Made by a program: the position numbers and the translations under genes. Under the pieces are notes generated by a model. It saw nothing but the letters and a program-made list of their open reading frames with translations, searched no databases and was not told the DNA's origin. Of a stretch of 61,509 nucleotides of DNA, positions 9,473 to 18,733 are shown piece by piece. Source of the DNA: Alphaproteobacteria bacterium UBA2903 (GTDB lineage: Bacteria > Pseudomonadota > Alphaproteobacteria > CAAGCB01 > CAG-977); assembly GCA_002349565.1 (NCBI GenBank), contig DEDN01000007.1:1-61509 (forward strand), read 5' to 3'. Positions within the stretch are counted from its first letter, which is position 1. Each line of letters opens with the position of its first letter.

Positions 9473-10081
9473 TCGCCCGTTTTAACGCATCCAAATCGTC
9501 GGAACACAAAATTTTGTGAATCGCGTTGATTTCCGATTCGGGACGGTCGTAGATTTTCAATGCCAGCAGTTCCCGAATCACTTCGTCGGAAAAACGTTTC
9601 TTTATCGGCTTTGCGGGATTGCCGCCGACAATCGTATACGGCTCGACGTCTTTGGTCACAATGCTGCCCGCCGCGACGACGCAGCCCTCGCCCAAACGCA
9701 CGCCCGCCATAATCATGCAGCGCATGCCTATCTAAACGCCGTCTTCGATAACGGTGTCGCCCTTTCGGCAATAGCTGTCGACGATTTTATCCATAAAGGG
9801 ATAATTGGAAAACCAGTCGTTGCGGTGCGTGTTGTTGCCGCCCATCACAATCACGGATTCCCCGCCGATGCAGACGTAATTGCCGATATACAGCTTGTCG
9901 ATTTCCCACAGCGGTTTCCAATGCGCCAAGCTGTACGCGTCGCCGTACAAATACCGCACAACATAGTCTCAAAGTTTTCCGTCCACGCGTTGCTGTAATA
10001 GCTGTGCGTGCCTTTGATGACAATATTCGGGTTTTTGACCGTTTCGTGCAGGTATTCGACGGTCGACCAATGCTTTGTCAT
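9450..10081 (-). pseudogene. CatB/Vat-family xenobiotic O-acetyltransferase, disrupted
   Basis: Three ORF pieces join into a hexapeptide-repeat acetyltransferase (NPNI..G.HSYYS; DKL.IG.Y.CIG; GDTVI.DGVWIG; IVGGNPAK.IKKRF). There is a 1-nt deletion near 9968-9970 and TAG in place of Trp at 9732-9734. Confidence 0.85.
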
Positions 10082-10971
10082 TACCAGAACTTAATCAGTT
10101 TCAACAGGCTCAAGCCGTTTTTCTTGGTCATAAAAACTTTGTGGCAATACGGACATTGCGTAAACACGGCAGAGAATTTTTTGGCAAGCTTCATCGCCAA
10201 AAACGGCGGAATCAACAGCAAAACCGAAACGATAATCAAAACCGCCCAAAATCCGTAAGTGTAATACGCGTCGATTTTACGCACGGCGTCTTTGAAAATG
10301 CCGCCTTTTTTCAGTTCCTTGTAAACGCTTGCCGTCGCTTTTCGGTCCTGTTCGGATGTCAAGCCGTAGCCGCCTTTGACCACTTTTTTGTAAGCGGAGT
10401 CGCTTAACGCCAGCTGTTTTTGCATTTGCGACGACACCAGAGCCGTCACTTCTTTTTTTAAACCGTCGCGCACGCTGTTGTTCAGAGCCGTTTTCAGCTC
10501 GTCCGTCGACGATTTCAGCTGTTTGTTGATTTTTTTCACCTGCGTTTGCAAAGTGTCCGTCGCTTCGGTGATTTTTTTGTTGATGTTGTCGGCTTCCTTG
10601 ACGCCGAATTTCGACAAGGTCGAGGTCAGTTTTTTCGCTTTGTCCGTCGTTTTGGTCAGTTTTTCCAGCTTCGACGTGTCCAGCTTGACTTCGGGGATTT
10701 TCAGTTTCGCCGTGTATTTGTCGACATCGACGCTTTTCAGCACTTTGTCCGTAAACGCGTCGTACTGGTCGGCAAGAACGTTATTTGCCGCGCCGACCGT
10801 TTTGACAACGGCGAATTCCTTGATATTTTCGCCGTACTTCGCAATGCCGTAAAGCGCGGGGACAATCACCGCCAAAATCCAAATCAACGAAAAAATCCGC
10901 GCCGCCTTAATCAAAAAAGACGTCTGATGAAGCAATTTGTATTCATCGCCCGTTGTTGCCGTAGCCATCAT
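10081..10971 (-). CDS. Hypothetical membrane protein (TM, Lys-rich coiled coil, TM, CPYC)
   Basis: 296-aa ORF with AGGGGG RBS; TAATG coupling to the downstream gene. Confidence 0.75.
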   Translation of the reverse strand: MMATATTGDEYKLLHQTSFLIKAARIFSLIWILAVIVPALYGIAKYGENIKEFAVVKTVGAANNVLADQYDAFTDKVLKSVDVDKYTAKLKIPEVKLDTSKLEKLTKTTDKAKKLTSTLSKFGVKEADNINKKITEATDTLQTQVKKINKQLKSSTDELKTALNNSVRDGLKKEVTALVSSQMQKQLALSDSAYKKVVKGGYGLTSEQDRKATASVYKELKKGGIFKDAVRKIDAYYTYGFWAVLIIVSVLLLIPPFLAMKLAKKFSAVFTQCPYCHKVFMTKKNGLSLLKLIKFW

Positions 10972-11186
10972 TTACCCCCTTTGTTTCGTTCTGTCGCCCC
11001 ACGGTTTCGCCAGCCGCAGGATTTTTGAAAGCATGTTTTTTTTCATCAGACATGAGTGTGCGTCCCAAGCATTCCAAAACAATACATAGTTAATGATACA
11101 TTTGTCCAAAAAAATTTGTCCAGTTGTTTTTTAGCCCTTGTTCATATACAGTTGCGTTATGAGTTCCTTTTATACACGGGATAGTG

Positions 11187-11657
11187 ATGCTGTATTCATA
11201 TATTTTTGTTCCGAATAAAGTTTTGCAAGAAGGGATAAAATCGCCGGTTTTGTTGAGCGAACAGGATCTGCGGCATTATGTCGGACGGGCGGGGACATTT
11301 CGAAAAGACGGGATTGAAGCATATTTGGAAACGATATTTCCGGGGCGTTCGCGCGCGATATCATGTTTGACGGAACGGATTCCGGATACGGGCTGCCGTA
11401 AAATCCGTGAATTTAAAAGACTGAGGGAATGTTTTTGTTTTTCCGAAGAAATTTTGAAAAATGAACAGATTGTCGAATGCGTCTGGCAAATTGACGGGGA
11501 CGATATTCGACTGGTGTCAGGTTTGGATTTTTCATCACCGGCATGGGAAACAGTGCGCGATGACGACGATATTTTTTTTAAACGAATCCGTCATTACATG
11601 CTGGTGTTGAAAAATGGTTTTTTGCCGTCCGAATACATAAAAAAGGCTTCGGATTAA
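11187..11657 (+). CDS. Hypothetical protein, possible ADP-ribosyltransferase-like fold
   Basis: About 156 aa, AT-rich. LYSY..VL.EGI.S near the N-terminus and LPSEYI near the C-terminus loosely resemble ART/Tpt1-like motifs. Confidence 0.6.
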   Translation: MLYSYIFVPNKVLQEGIKSPVLLSEQDLRHYVGRAGTFRKDGIEAYLETIFPGRSRAISCLTERIPDTGCRKIREFKRLRECFCFSEEILKNEQIVECVWQIDGDDIRLVSGLDFSSPAWETVRDDDDIFFKRIRHYMLVLKNGFLPSEYIKKASD

Positions 11658-11668
11658 CGAAGCCTTTT
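11641..11668. terminator. Bidirectional intrinsic terminator
   Basis: AAAAGGCTTCG-N6-CGAAGCCTTTT between convergent genes. Confidence 0.7.
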
Positions 11669-11672
11669 AACG

Positions 11673-12434
11673 TTATAAATGTTTATTTCCCCACGGTTTC
11701 GCCAGCCGCAGGATTTCGTCCATCGCTTCTTTTTCAAAGAAAGTGTGGTCGCGTCCCCAAACGACTTTGGTAACCGTTTTCTGTCCGTTTTTGAACAAAG
11801 TCTTGTCCGCCAGCACGAATCCGCCGAACGGAACGGTCGTGTCTTCGGATCCGTGAATCAAGATGAATTCCGGTTTGGACAGCGAAGGGTGATTGTCTAC
11901 CTCTGCCGCGTTCAGCAGACAGCCCGCGACAATCATCACGCCGCCCAAAGGAATCAAATCGCCGTTTTTGTCCGTGTCCGCCAGCTCGTCACATTCCGCC
12001 GTCAGCTGCAAAGCCAGCATCGCGCCCTGCGACACGCCGAAAACGAACGTGTTTTCAGCGCCGATTTTGTGAAAATCCATGCGATCGCGGATATAGTCGA
12101 TAACGATTTGCGCCGCGGGATCGTAGTTTTCATACATCTGCGAAAACTTGGCGTAAACGGCGGGCGTCATGTCGTCGGGATGAAGCGTCAGCCAGTCGTC
12201 CTTGAATCCGTCTGGAATCGAAAACCATTGGCGGGCTTCTTCGTTGCCGTCCATGGCTTCCAATCCGTCGGGAACGTAAAACACCGCGTCGGGCATGACC
12301 GTTTGCAGTTCGCGCACGAACCACGCGTTCGATTCGCCCGTTCCGCCCATGCCGTGCAGGTAGACGACCAACTGTTTCGGTTTCGCCCCGTTCAAGGGCA
12401 TGACAACCGCACCGTTCAGCAAAGGTTTACGCAT
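11673..12434 (-). CDS. Alpha/beta hydrolase (phospholipase/carboxylesterase family)
   Basis: LHGMG, GVSQG nucleophile elbow, HGSED..VP and a catalytic His. Confidence 0.85.
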   Translation of the reverse strand: MRKPLLNGAVVMPLNGAKPKQLVVYLHGMGGTGESNAWFVRELQTVMPDAVFYVPDGLEAMDGNEEARQWFSIPDGFKDDWLTLHPDDMTPAVYAKFSQMYENYDPAAQIVIDYIRDRMDFHKIGAENTFVFGVSQGAMLALQLTAECDELADTDKNGDLIPLGGVMIVAGCLLNAAEVDNHPSLSKPEFILIHGSEDTTVPFGGFVLADKTLFKNGQKTVTKVVWGRDHTFFEKEAMDEILRLAKPWGNKHL

Positions 12435-12435
12435 C

Positions 12436-14817
12436 TCAGCTCCTCAGCGTTGCGCCCGTGGCGACGCCGACCGCGCCGACGACACGGCGGCAGACGCTTT
12501 CGATTTCTTCGTCCGTCATCGTTTTTTCGACGGGCTGAATCGTCAGCTGAATCGCGACGGATTTCTTGTCGCCTAACGCTTCGCCTTCGTACAAATCGAA
12601 AACCGAAACGTCCGTAATCAGAACCTTGTCCGTGTTTTTGGCGGCGGATACGATTTTGTCCGCATCGACTTTGCGATCGACCAAGAACGCCAAATCGCGG
12701 AAAATCGGCGTAAAAGCGGACAGCTTGAGCGTTTTGACGCCCTTGCCGTTTTTCTTTTTCGCGGGCGGCAGGCGGTCAAGGAAGACTTCGCACGCGCAAA
12801 CCGTCGTTTTGACATCCATCGCCTTTAAAATCTTGGGATGCAGTTCGCCGAAGTACGCCAAAACCGTTTTTCCGATTTTCACCGCGCCCGACCGTCCGGG
12901 ATGATACCAAGCGGGGGCTTCGCGCACGATTTGCACGCTTTGCGGAGCTTCCGCCGCGTCCAAAGCCGCCAGAGCGTCGGCTTTCGCGTCGAACACGTCA
13001 ACGGAACGCTGAGCGACCGCCCAATGGCGCGGAGTCGCCTGACCGAAGCGCAGCTGACACGCGACCGTTTCCTGTTCCATCGGCTTGAATCCGAAGAATT
13101 GAGGTCCGACTTCAAACAAACAGCCGTCGAACGTGCCTTTGGTGATGTTGGAACGCGCCGCCGAAACCAAGTTCGGCAACAGGTTCGGACGCATTTCGTT
13201 CAAATCCGCACTAATCGGATTGGCAATCAAAACGGCGTCTTTGGTGCGGAACGGCACGGCGTCTTTGGACGACATGAACGACCATGTAATCGTCTGACAG
13301 CCGCCGCGGTTCGCCATCGCGCGGCGCACCGACACTTCGCGGCGCTGTTTGGGCTGTAAAATCCCGTGAACGCCGTTCGGACGCGGCAAAGCGATTTCGG
13401 GCAGTTTGTCATAGCCGTAAATGCGCAGAACTTCCTCGACCAAATCATGCGAACCGGAAATGTCGGAACGCCACGTCGGACGAACGACGGAAAAAAGATT
13501 GCCGTCAGATTTAACAACACAGCCCAGTTTTTCCAGAATTTCCTTGCAGGTATCGGCGGGAACGTCAACGCCGCACAGCTTTTCGACACGGTGAGGGTCG
13601 AAAGCTATCGGGGCGGGTCGTTCGGGTTCTTTGCCCGTCACAATCAGTTCGGAACATTCGCCGCCGCACAGCTCCGCAATCATTTGCGCCGCCATGTCCG
13701 CGCCGAAAGGAATCGTCGAAGCGGGATCAACGCCGCGTTCAAAGCGTTGGCGCGAATCGGACGTCAAAATCAGCTTCTGTCCCGTTTTGGCAATGCTTTC
13801 GGGGGTGAAATACGCGGATTCCAGCAAAACGTGCGTGGTCGATTCTTCGCAGCCCGACGCTTCGCCGCCCATGATGCCCGCAATGGATTCGACGCCGTTT
13901 TCGTCGGCAATGACAACCATGCCGTCGCTCAGTGTGTATTCTTTGCCGTCCAAAGCCGTCAGCTTTTCGCCGTCGCGCGCGGAACGGACGGTGATTTGCC
14001 CTTTGACTTTATCGGCGTCGAAAACGTGCAAAGGACGACCGAACGTGATGTTGAAATAGTTGGTCACGTCCACCAAAGCGGAAATCGGACGCAAGCCGAC
14101 CGCCGTCAGCCTGTCCTGCATCCATTTCGGCGAAGCCCCGTTTTTCACGCCGCGGATTTCACGCAGGGTAAAGAACGGCGCGCCGATTTCGGTCGCTTCG
14201 TTGGAAAGCTTGACATCACTCTTAAAAGCGCAAACCGTTACGTTATGCTTCGGCGTTTTCAGTGTTCCCAAGCCTGCCGCCGCCAAATCGCGCGCAATGC
14301 CGTAAACGCTCATGCAGTCGCCGCGGTTCGGGGTAATCGACACGTCGAACACGGGATCGGACGGATAAACGGTCGTAATGGACGCGCCGACAACCGCGTC
14401 TTCGGGACATTCGATAATGCCCGTATGGTCGGGACCGACGCCCAGTTCGTCTTCGGCGCACATCATGCCGAAGCTTTCGACGCCGCGGATTTTGCCCGCT
14501 TTTAATTTGTCGCCGAAAGCGGGAACGTAATCCCCCGGACGCGCCAAGATGCCTTTCATGCCCGCGCGCGCGTTCGGCGCGCCGCACACGATTTGCACCA
14601 GCTCTTTGCCCGTGTTGACTTTCAAAACGTGCAAGTGGTCGGAATCGGGATGCGCGACACATTCGTCAACGCTGACGACAATCAAATCCTTGACCGCCGC
14701 CAAAGGATCGACGACTTCCTCGATTTCCAAACCAATGGCGGTCAGGCGTTCGGCGATTTCGTCAACGCTTGCGTTCGTGTCCAAAAAATCTTTTAACCAG
14801 CTCAGCGTGAATTTCAT
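12436..14817 (-). CDS. pheT: Phenylalanine--tRNA ligase beta subunit
   Basis: [26 protein letters not shown] and a C-terminal FDX-ACB domain; follows pheS. Confidence 0.97.
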   Translation of the reverse strand: MKFTLSWLKDFLDTNASVDEIAERLTAIGLEIEEVVDPLAAVKDLIVVSVDECVAHPDSDHLHVLKVNTGKELVQIVCGAPNARAGMKGILARPGDYVPAFGDKLKAGKIRGVESFGMMCAEDELGVGPDHTGIIECPEDAVVGASITTVYPSDPVFDVSITPNRGDCMSVYGIARDLAAAGLGTLKTPKHNVTVCAFKSDVKLSNEATEIGAPFFTLREIRGVKNGASPKWMQDRLTAVGLRPISALVDVTNYFNITFGRPLHVFDADKVKGQITVRSARDGEKLTALDGKEYTLSDGMVVIADENGVESIAGIMGGEASGCEESTTHVLLESAYFTPESIAKTGQKLILTSDSRQRFERGVDPASTIPFGADMAAQMIAELCGGECSELIVTGKEPERPAPIAFDPHRVEKLCGVDVPADTCKEILEKLGCVVKSDGNLFSVVRPTWRSDISGSHDLVEEVLRIYGYDKLPEIALPRPNGVHGILQPKQRREVSVRRAMANRGGCQTITWSFMSSKDAVPFRTKDAVLIANPISADLNEMRPNLLPNLVSAARSNITKGTFDGCLFEVGPQFFGFKPMEQETVACQLRFGQATPRHWAVAQRSVDVFDAKADALAALDAAEAPQSVQIVREAPAWYHPGRSGAVKIGKTVLAYFGELHPKILKAMDVKTTVCACEVFLDRLPPAKKKNGKGVKTLKLSAFTPIFRDLAFLVDRKVDADKIVSAAKNTDKVLITDVSVFDLYEGEALGDKKSVAIQLTIQPVEKTMTDEEIESVCRRVVGAVGVATGATLRS

Positions 14818-15908
14818 CTTTTGTTTCCTCCCGTCATGCTCAATCCCGACGCCGTCGAGGGAATGTCCAAAGGAACAAACCCGTAATGTTTAATCCAGCG
14901 CAAATCCGATTCAAAGAACGTGCGCAAATCGGGAATCGCGTATTTCAGCATCGCCAGACGGTCAAGCCCGATGCCGAACGCAAAGCCTTGATAGACTTCG
15001 GGGTCGATGTTGCAGGCTTTCAAAACATTCGGATGAACCATGCCGCAGCCCAGAATTTCCAGCCAGTCGTCGCCTTCGCCGATTTTCAGTTCGCCGTTTT
15101 TGCGCGAACAGCCGATATCCATTTCCGCCGACGGTTCCGTGAACGGAAAGAACGACGGACGAAAGCGCACGGGAACGTCGTCCAGTTCAAAGAATGTTTT
15201 GACGAATTCAATCAAACAGCCTTTCAAGTGCGCCATATTGGTTTCGGTATCGACAATCAAGCCTTCGACCTGATGGAACATCGGCGCGTGCGTCGCGTCG
15301 TAGTCGCAGCGGTAAGTACGCCCCGGAACGATGACGCGCACGGGCGGTTTTTGTTTTTCCATCGTGCGAATCTGCACGGCGGACGTTTGCGTGCGCACGA
15401 TAAATTTGTCGCCGTTTTCCTCGCCTTTCAAATAGAACGTGTCCTGCATCTGGCGGGCGGGGTGGTTTTTCGGCGTGTTCAAAGCGGTGAAGTTATGGAA
15501 ATCGTCTTCGATGTCGGGACCTTCCGCAACGTCAAAGCCCATTTGTCCGAAAATGGCGACGACTTCGTCATACGTCTGGTACAACGGGTGGACGCGGCCT
15601 TGCGTTTCGGGGCGCACGGGCAGGGTGATGTCGACGGCTTCGCGCGCCAAACGGGCGTTGATGGCGTCTTCCTCCAATTTGGCTTTTTTAGCCTCGATAG
15701 CGTCGGCGACGGCGGTTTTCAGCGTGTTGAACTGCTGACCCGCGGCTTTGCGTTCGTCGGGGCTCATCGCGCCCAATGTTTTCATTTTTTCGGTAATCAA
15801 GCCTTTTTTGCCCAAAACGGCGACGCGCACGGCGTCCAGCTGCGCCAAATCGGCGGCGGATTCGACCTGCGCCAGCAAATCGGCTTGAAGCGTTTCCATA
15901 TCACTCAT
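14814..15908 (-). CDS. pheS: Phenylalanine--tRNA ligase alpha subunit
   Basis: [22 protein letters not shown] and GFAFGIG motifs. Confidence 0.97.
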   Translation of the reverse strand: MSDMETLQADLLAQVESAADLAQLDAVRVAVLGKKGLITEKMKTLGAMSPDERKAAGQQFNTLKTAVADAIEAKKAKLEEDAINARLAREAVDITLPVRPETQGRVHPLYQTYDEVVAIFGQMGFDVAEGPDIEDDFHNFTALNTPKNHPARQMQDTFYLKGEENGDKFIVRTQTSAVQIRTMEKQKPPVRVIVPGRTYRCDYDATHAPMFHQVEGLIVDTETNMAHLKGCLIEFVKTFFELDDVPVRFRPSFFPFTEPSAEMDIGCSRKNGELKIGEGDDWLEILGCGMVHPNVLKACNIDPEVYQGFAFGIGLDRLAMLKYAIPDLRTFFESDLRWIKHYGFVPLDIPSTASGLSMTGGNKR

Positions 15909-15930
15909 TAAACAAATCCTTTATCACACG

Positions 15931-15953
15931 AAAGGGGCGCAATGCGCCCCTTT
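15931..15953 (-). terminator. Hairpin between rplT and pheS
   Basis: AAAGGGGCGC-AAT-GCGCCCCTTT. Confidence 0.6.
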
Positions 15954-15973
15954 GTTTTTCGGCAACCCGCAGT

Positions 15974-16333
15974 TTAAGCTTTCAAAGCGGCTTTCACGGA
16001 ATCGACGACTTTTGCAAAAGCGGCGGGCTGGTTCATCGCCAAGTCTGCCAAAATTTTGCGGTCCATTTCAATACCGGCCTTGTTCAAACCGTTGATGAAT
16101 TTGGAGTAGGTCAATCCGTATTCGCGGACACCGGCGTTGATACGCTGAATCCACAAAGCGCGGAAGTTGCTTTTCTTCTTGCGGCGATCGCGATAGGCAT
16201 ACTGCAAGCCCTTTTCGACTTTTTCCAAAGCGATGCGATACAAGGCGTGATTGCTTTCGCGGTAGCCTTTCGCAAGTTTCAAAATCTTTTTGTGTTTGAC
16301 ATGAGCCGTCATACCACGTTTTACACGAGCCAT
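15974..16333 (-). CDS. rplT: 50S ribosomal protein L20
   Basis: [24 protein letters not shown]. Confidence 0.97.
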   Translation of the reverse strand: MARVKRGMTAHVKHKKILKLAKGYRESNHALYRIALEKVEKGLQYAYRDRRKKKSNFRALWIQRINAGVREYGLTYSKFINGLNKAGIEMDRKILADLAMNQPAAFAKVVDSVKAALKA

Positions 16334-16354
16334 TTTCTTATCTCCTCAACCGAC

Positions 16355-16552
16355 TTAGTTATAGGGCATGAAACGATCGACGATTTTGAAATCGCATTCG
16401 CGCAGCAACGTCGTGCCGCGGGCTTTGCGTTTCATTTTCGTCGGCTTGGAAATCAAACGGTGACGCTTGCTAGCGTAGCCGTGTTTGATGCCGCCGGCAC
16501 CGGTACGGGCAAAACGTTTTTTGACCGAACTTTTTGTCTTCAATTTGGGCAT
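16355..16552 (-). CDS. rpmI: 50S ribosomal protein L35
   Basis: MPKLKTKSSVKKRF; AAGGAG RBS before ATG 16552. Confidence 0.96.
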   Translation of the reverse strand: MPKLKTKSSVKKRFARTGAGGIKHGYASKRHRLISKPTKMKRKARGTTLLRECDFKIVDRFMPYN

Positions 16553-16650
16553 TTCCGTCTCCTTCACAGTATATTTTAACGGTTCTGCGTTTCCAAGGCT
16601 GCCCTGATACAAGCCCGAAAAACGCGCTTCCCTTTTTCAAGGGCTTTGTC

Positions 16651-16679
16651 TTTATACGTTCAAATTTCCCCGATTGCAA
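16651..16679 (-). promoter_or_regulatory. Sigma70-type promoter of rpmI-rplT
   Basis: Minus strand TTGCAA-N17-TATAAA. Confidence 0.65.
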
Positions 16680-16739
16680 GCATTATTTTGCCTTGTTTTT
16701 CCGAATCTTGCGCGGTAAAACCGCAAACGGAGAACAACA

Positions 16740-17390
16740 ATGAAATACCATTTCAGTATGACGAAAAAATGCCTGTGCTGTCTGTTCGGACTGGCTGTCA
16801 GCGGAATCGGCGTCGCGCTCAGCACGCGCCCCGATTTGGGAACCAGTCCGATTTCCAGCCTGCCTTATACGATGACTTTTGTTTATCCGCTCAGCTTCGG
16901 CATGTGGACGGTTCTCATCAACGCTTTGTTCGTGTTCGCGCAAGTGTTTGTTTTGGGCAAAAGCTTTAAACTGCACCAACTCTCCCAGCTGTTCGCCGCG
17001 GCGGTGTTCGGATTTTTTATCGACGTCGGCATGTGGGCGTCGGCGTTTTTCATGCCGCACTCTTACGCCCTGCGCTTGGTCGAGCAAATCGCGGGATGCG
17101 CGATTTTGGCGGCGGGCATTTCGTTTGAACTGATTGCCGACGTTACTTATATGCCGGGGGAAGGATTGATAAAAGCGATTGCCACGCGCTGGAAAGTAAA
17201 CTTCGGCAAGATGAAAGTCTGTTTCGACGCGTCGCTGGTCGTTTTGTCCGTCATCCTGTCGCTGTCGGTCTGCGGACAAATCCACGGCATCCGCGAAGGC
17301 ACGTTTGTCGCCGTTTTGCTGGTCGGCACGTTCATCCGCCGCTATCAAAAACCGTTCCGCTTTTTCAAGAGACGACTGGTGAAAGCGTAA
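16740..17390 (+). CDS. YczE/YyaS/YitT family membrane protein
   Basis: LGTSPISSLPY, FGFFID, PGEGL and GIREGT motifs; multiple TM segments. Confidence 0.8.
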   Translation: MKYHFSMTKKCLCCLFGLAVSGIGVALSTRPDLGTSPISSLPYTMTFVYPLSFGMWTVLINALFVFAQVFVLGKSFKLHQLSQLFAAAVFGFFIDVGMWASAFFMPHSYALRLVEQIAGCAILAAGISFELIADVTYMPGEGLIKAIATRWKVNFGKMKVCFDASLVVLSVILSLSVCGQIHGIREGTFVAVLLVGTFIRRYQKPFRFFKRRLVKA

Positions 17391-17405
17391 TTTGCGCAAA
17401 AGACT

Positions 17406-17441
17406 GTTATCGCTTCCTTTCCAACAAAAATGCGATATAAT
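17406..17441 (+). CRISPR. Single type II-C CRISPR repeat (no spacers)
   Basis: 36 nt GTTATCGCTTCCTTTCCAACAAAAATGCGATATAAT. Starts with GTT and ends with a -10 box TATAAT, as II-C repeats do. Complementary to the anti-repeat at 22014-22049 and located next to cas2. Confidence 0.85.
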
Positions 17442-17448
17442 AAATTAA

Positions 17449-17479
17449 GAAAAAGCCTTTGAAAAACAAAGGCTTTTTC
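17449..17479. terminator. Bidirectional hairpin between the repeat and cas2
   Basis: GAAAAAGCCTTTG-AAAAA-CAAAGGCTTTTTC, a perfect 13-bp stem. Confidence 0.7.
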
Positions 17480-17499
17480 CATATTTTCACTTAAAAAAA

Positions 17500-17829
17500 T
17501 CACAGCAAAACCAGCTGTTCCGCCCCGATTTTTTCCGTTTTTTTCGGCAGTCCGACCAAAATATCCATAGAGGCATATTGTTTTTCCGTTACTGATAGAA
17601 CACGCACGCTTCCGTCTTCAGGAACCAAGGATTTCAGCCGTTTTTTGTGTTTTTCGGCGGTGTCTTCCCCCTTGCAAATGCGGGAATAGACGGACAGCTG
17701 CAACATGATATATCCGTCGTCGATCAAATCTTTTCTGAATCGAGTCGCTCGTCGGCGTTCCGCTTTTGTTTTAACGGGCAGGTCGAAAAAGACCAATATA
17801 CGCATATATCTTTCCCCAAGTTGCGCCAT
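17500..17829 (-). CDS. cas2: CRISPR-associated endonuclease Cas2
   Basis: VFFDLPV..FRK.L..DGY.MLQ.SVY and G.VR.L.VTEKQY. Confidence 0.95.
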   Translation of the reverse strand: MAQLGERYMRILVFFDLPVKTKAERRRATRFRKDLIDDGYIMLQLSVYSRICKGEDTAEKHKKRLKSLVPEDGSVRVLSVTEKQYASMDILVGLPKKTEKIGAEQLVLL

Positions 17830-17833
17830 TTTT

Positions 17834-18733
17834 TTACTCGAACAGCGGTGCTTTTGAAAATTTGGGCAAGACCAGAGATTTAGCTTCTTTGTCCTTAAAC
17901 GCGTTAACCAAAGAATACGCCGTTTGCTCGATCGCTTTTAAAATTGTCGTTTCTTCGTCGTCATAGGAACAATTACGCGTCAAAACGGAAACCAGCAGTT
18001 GCTTGTCCTGTTTTTCCAAAGAATCTTTTTCACCCAAATCGGCTTTGACAACCGCCCAATCGACAAACGCGCGGAACGGCTCGATAATATCGTCCGCCAA
18101 GTTAAAAGCGTTCAGTTTATTGGCGTGATGCAATCCGAAACACGGCAAAAGCCCTGCGCCGACCAAACTGCGGGCAACAGACCCGCGGATGATGGCATAC
18201 CCGTAATTCAACGCAGCATTGGTAACATCGGCATCATGGCGTTTGAAGTTATCAAACAAATTGTCCCAGTAAAGCCCCGCCGCAAACGCTTCGCCGTTGG
18301 TCGTATCACCCGATTGAATGTTTTTGGCAATCTCTTCCAATTTGTCGCAGAAACGATTGCCCATGCGGCGCAAGACTTCGGCTTGATTGCGGATTTTGGC
18401 TTTGACGATTTTTTGCCACAGCCGCTTTTTCAACGGTTCGGACGCTTCGATTTGCAAATTTGCCACCGCGCTGTGTCTGGAATGATTGCCGAAAGCCGTG
18501 TAAACCCCGTTCGGTGTGTGCGTTCCATCGCATGAAAACAGACAAACTCCGTATTCTGCCAGTTCGGCAAGCAAAGTCGAAGTCATCAAAATATGTTTGC
18601 TTTCCAAAATAACAACGGCAATATCCTCCAACGGAAGCGTTACCACTTCCCCCTCGATAGGCTCATAAAGCAGCTGCCTGTTTTTGACGGACAGTTTGCA
18701 GGCAGAAGTGATTTGAACGACACGCCAAGCCAT
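17834..18733 (-). CDS. cas1: Type II CRISPR-associated endonuclease Cas1
   Basis: MAWRVV, PLEDI, LWQ.IVK.KI.NQ, NAALNYGY and G.HH.N..N.FNLADD.IEPFR. Confidence 0.95.
   Translation of the reverse strand: MAWRVVQITSACKLSVKNRQLLYEPIEGEVVTLPLEDIAVVILESKHILMTSTLLAELAEYGVCLFSCDGTHTPNGVYTAFGNHSRHSAVANLQIEASEPLKKRLWQKIVKAKIRNQAEVLRRMGNRFCDKLEEIAKNIQSGDTTNGEAFAAGLYWDNLFDNFKRHDADVTNAALNYGYAIIRGSVARSLVGAGLLPCFGLHHANKLNAFNLADDIIEPFRAFVDWAVVKADLGEKDSLEKQDKQLLVSVLTRNCSYDDEETTILKAIEQTAYSLVNAFKDKEAKSLVLPKFSKAPLFE

Larger units (their letters stand above)
10997..11716. mobile_element. ~0.7 kb insertion bounded by 28-bp direct repeats
   Basis: CCCCACGGTTTCGCCAGCCGCAGGATTT occurs at 10997-11024 and 11689-11716. 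The interior is more AT-rich and holds one gene on the opposite strand. Confidence 0.75.

Noticed and set aside
17341-17376. Degenerate second CRISPR repeat one period upstream (starts GCTATC)
   Set aside because: Only the first six bases resemble the repeat; the rest is yczE-like coding sequence with chance-level identity.
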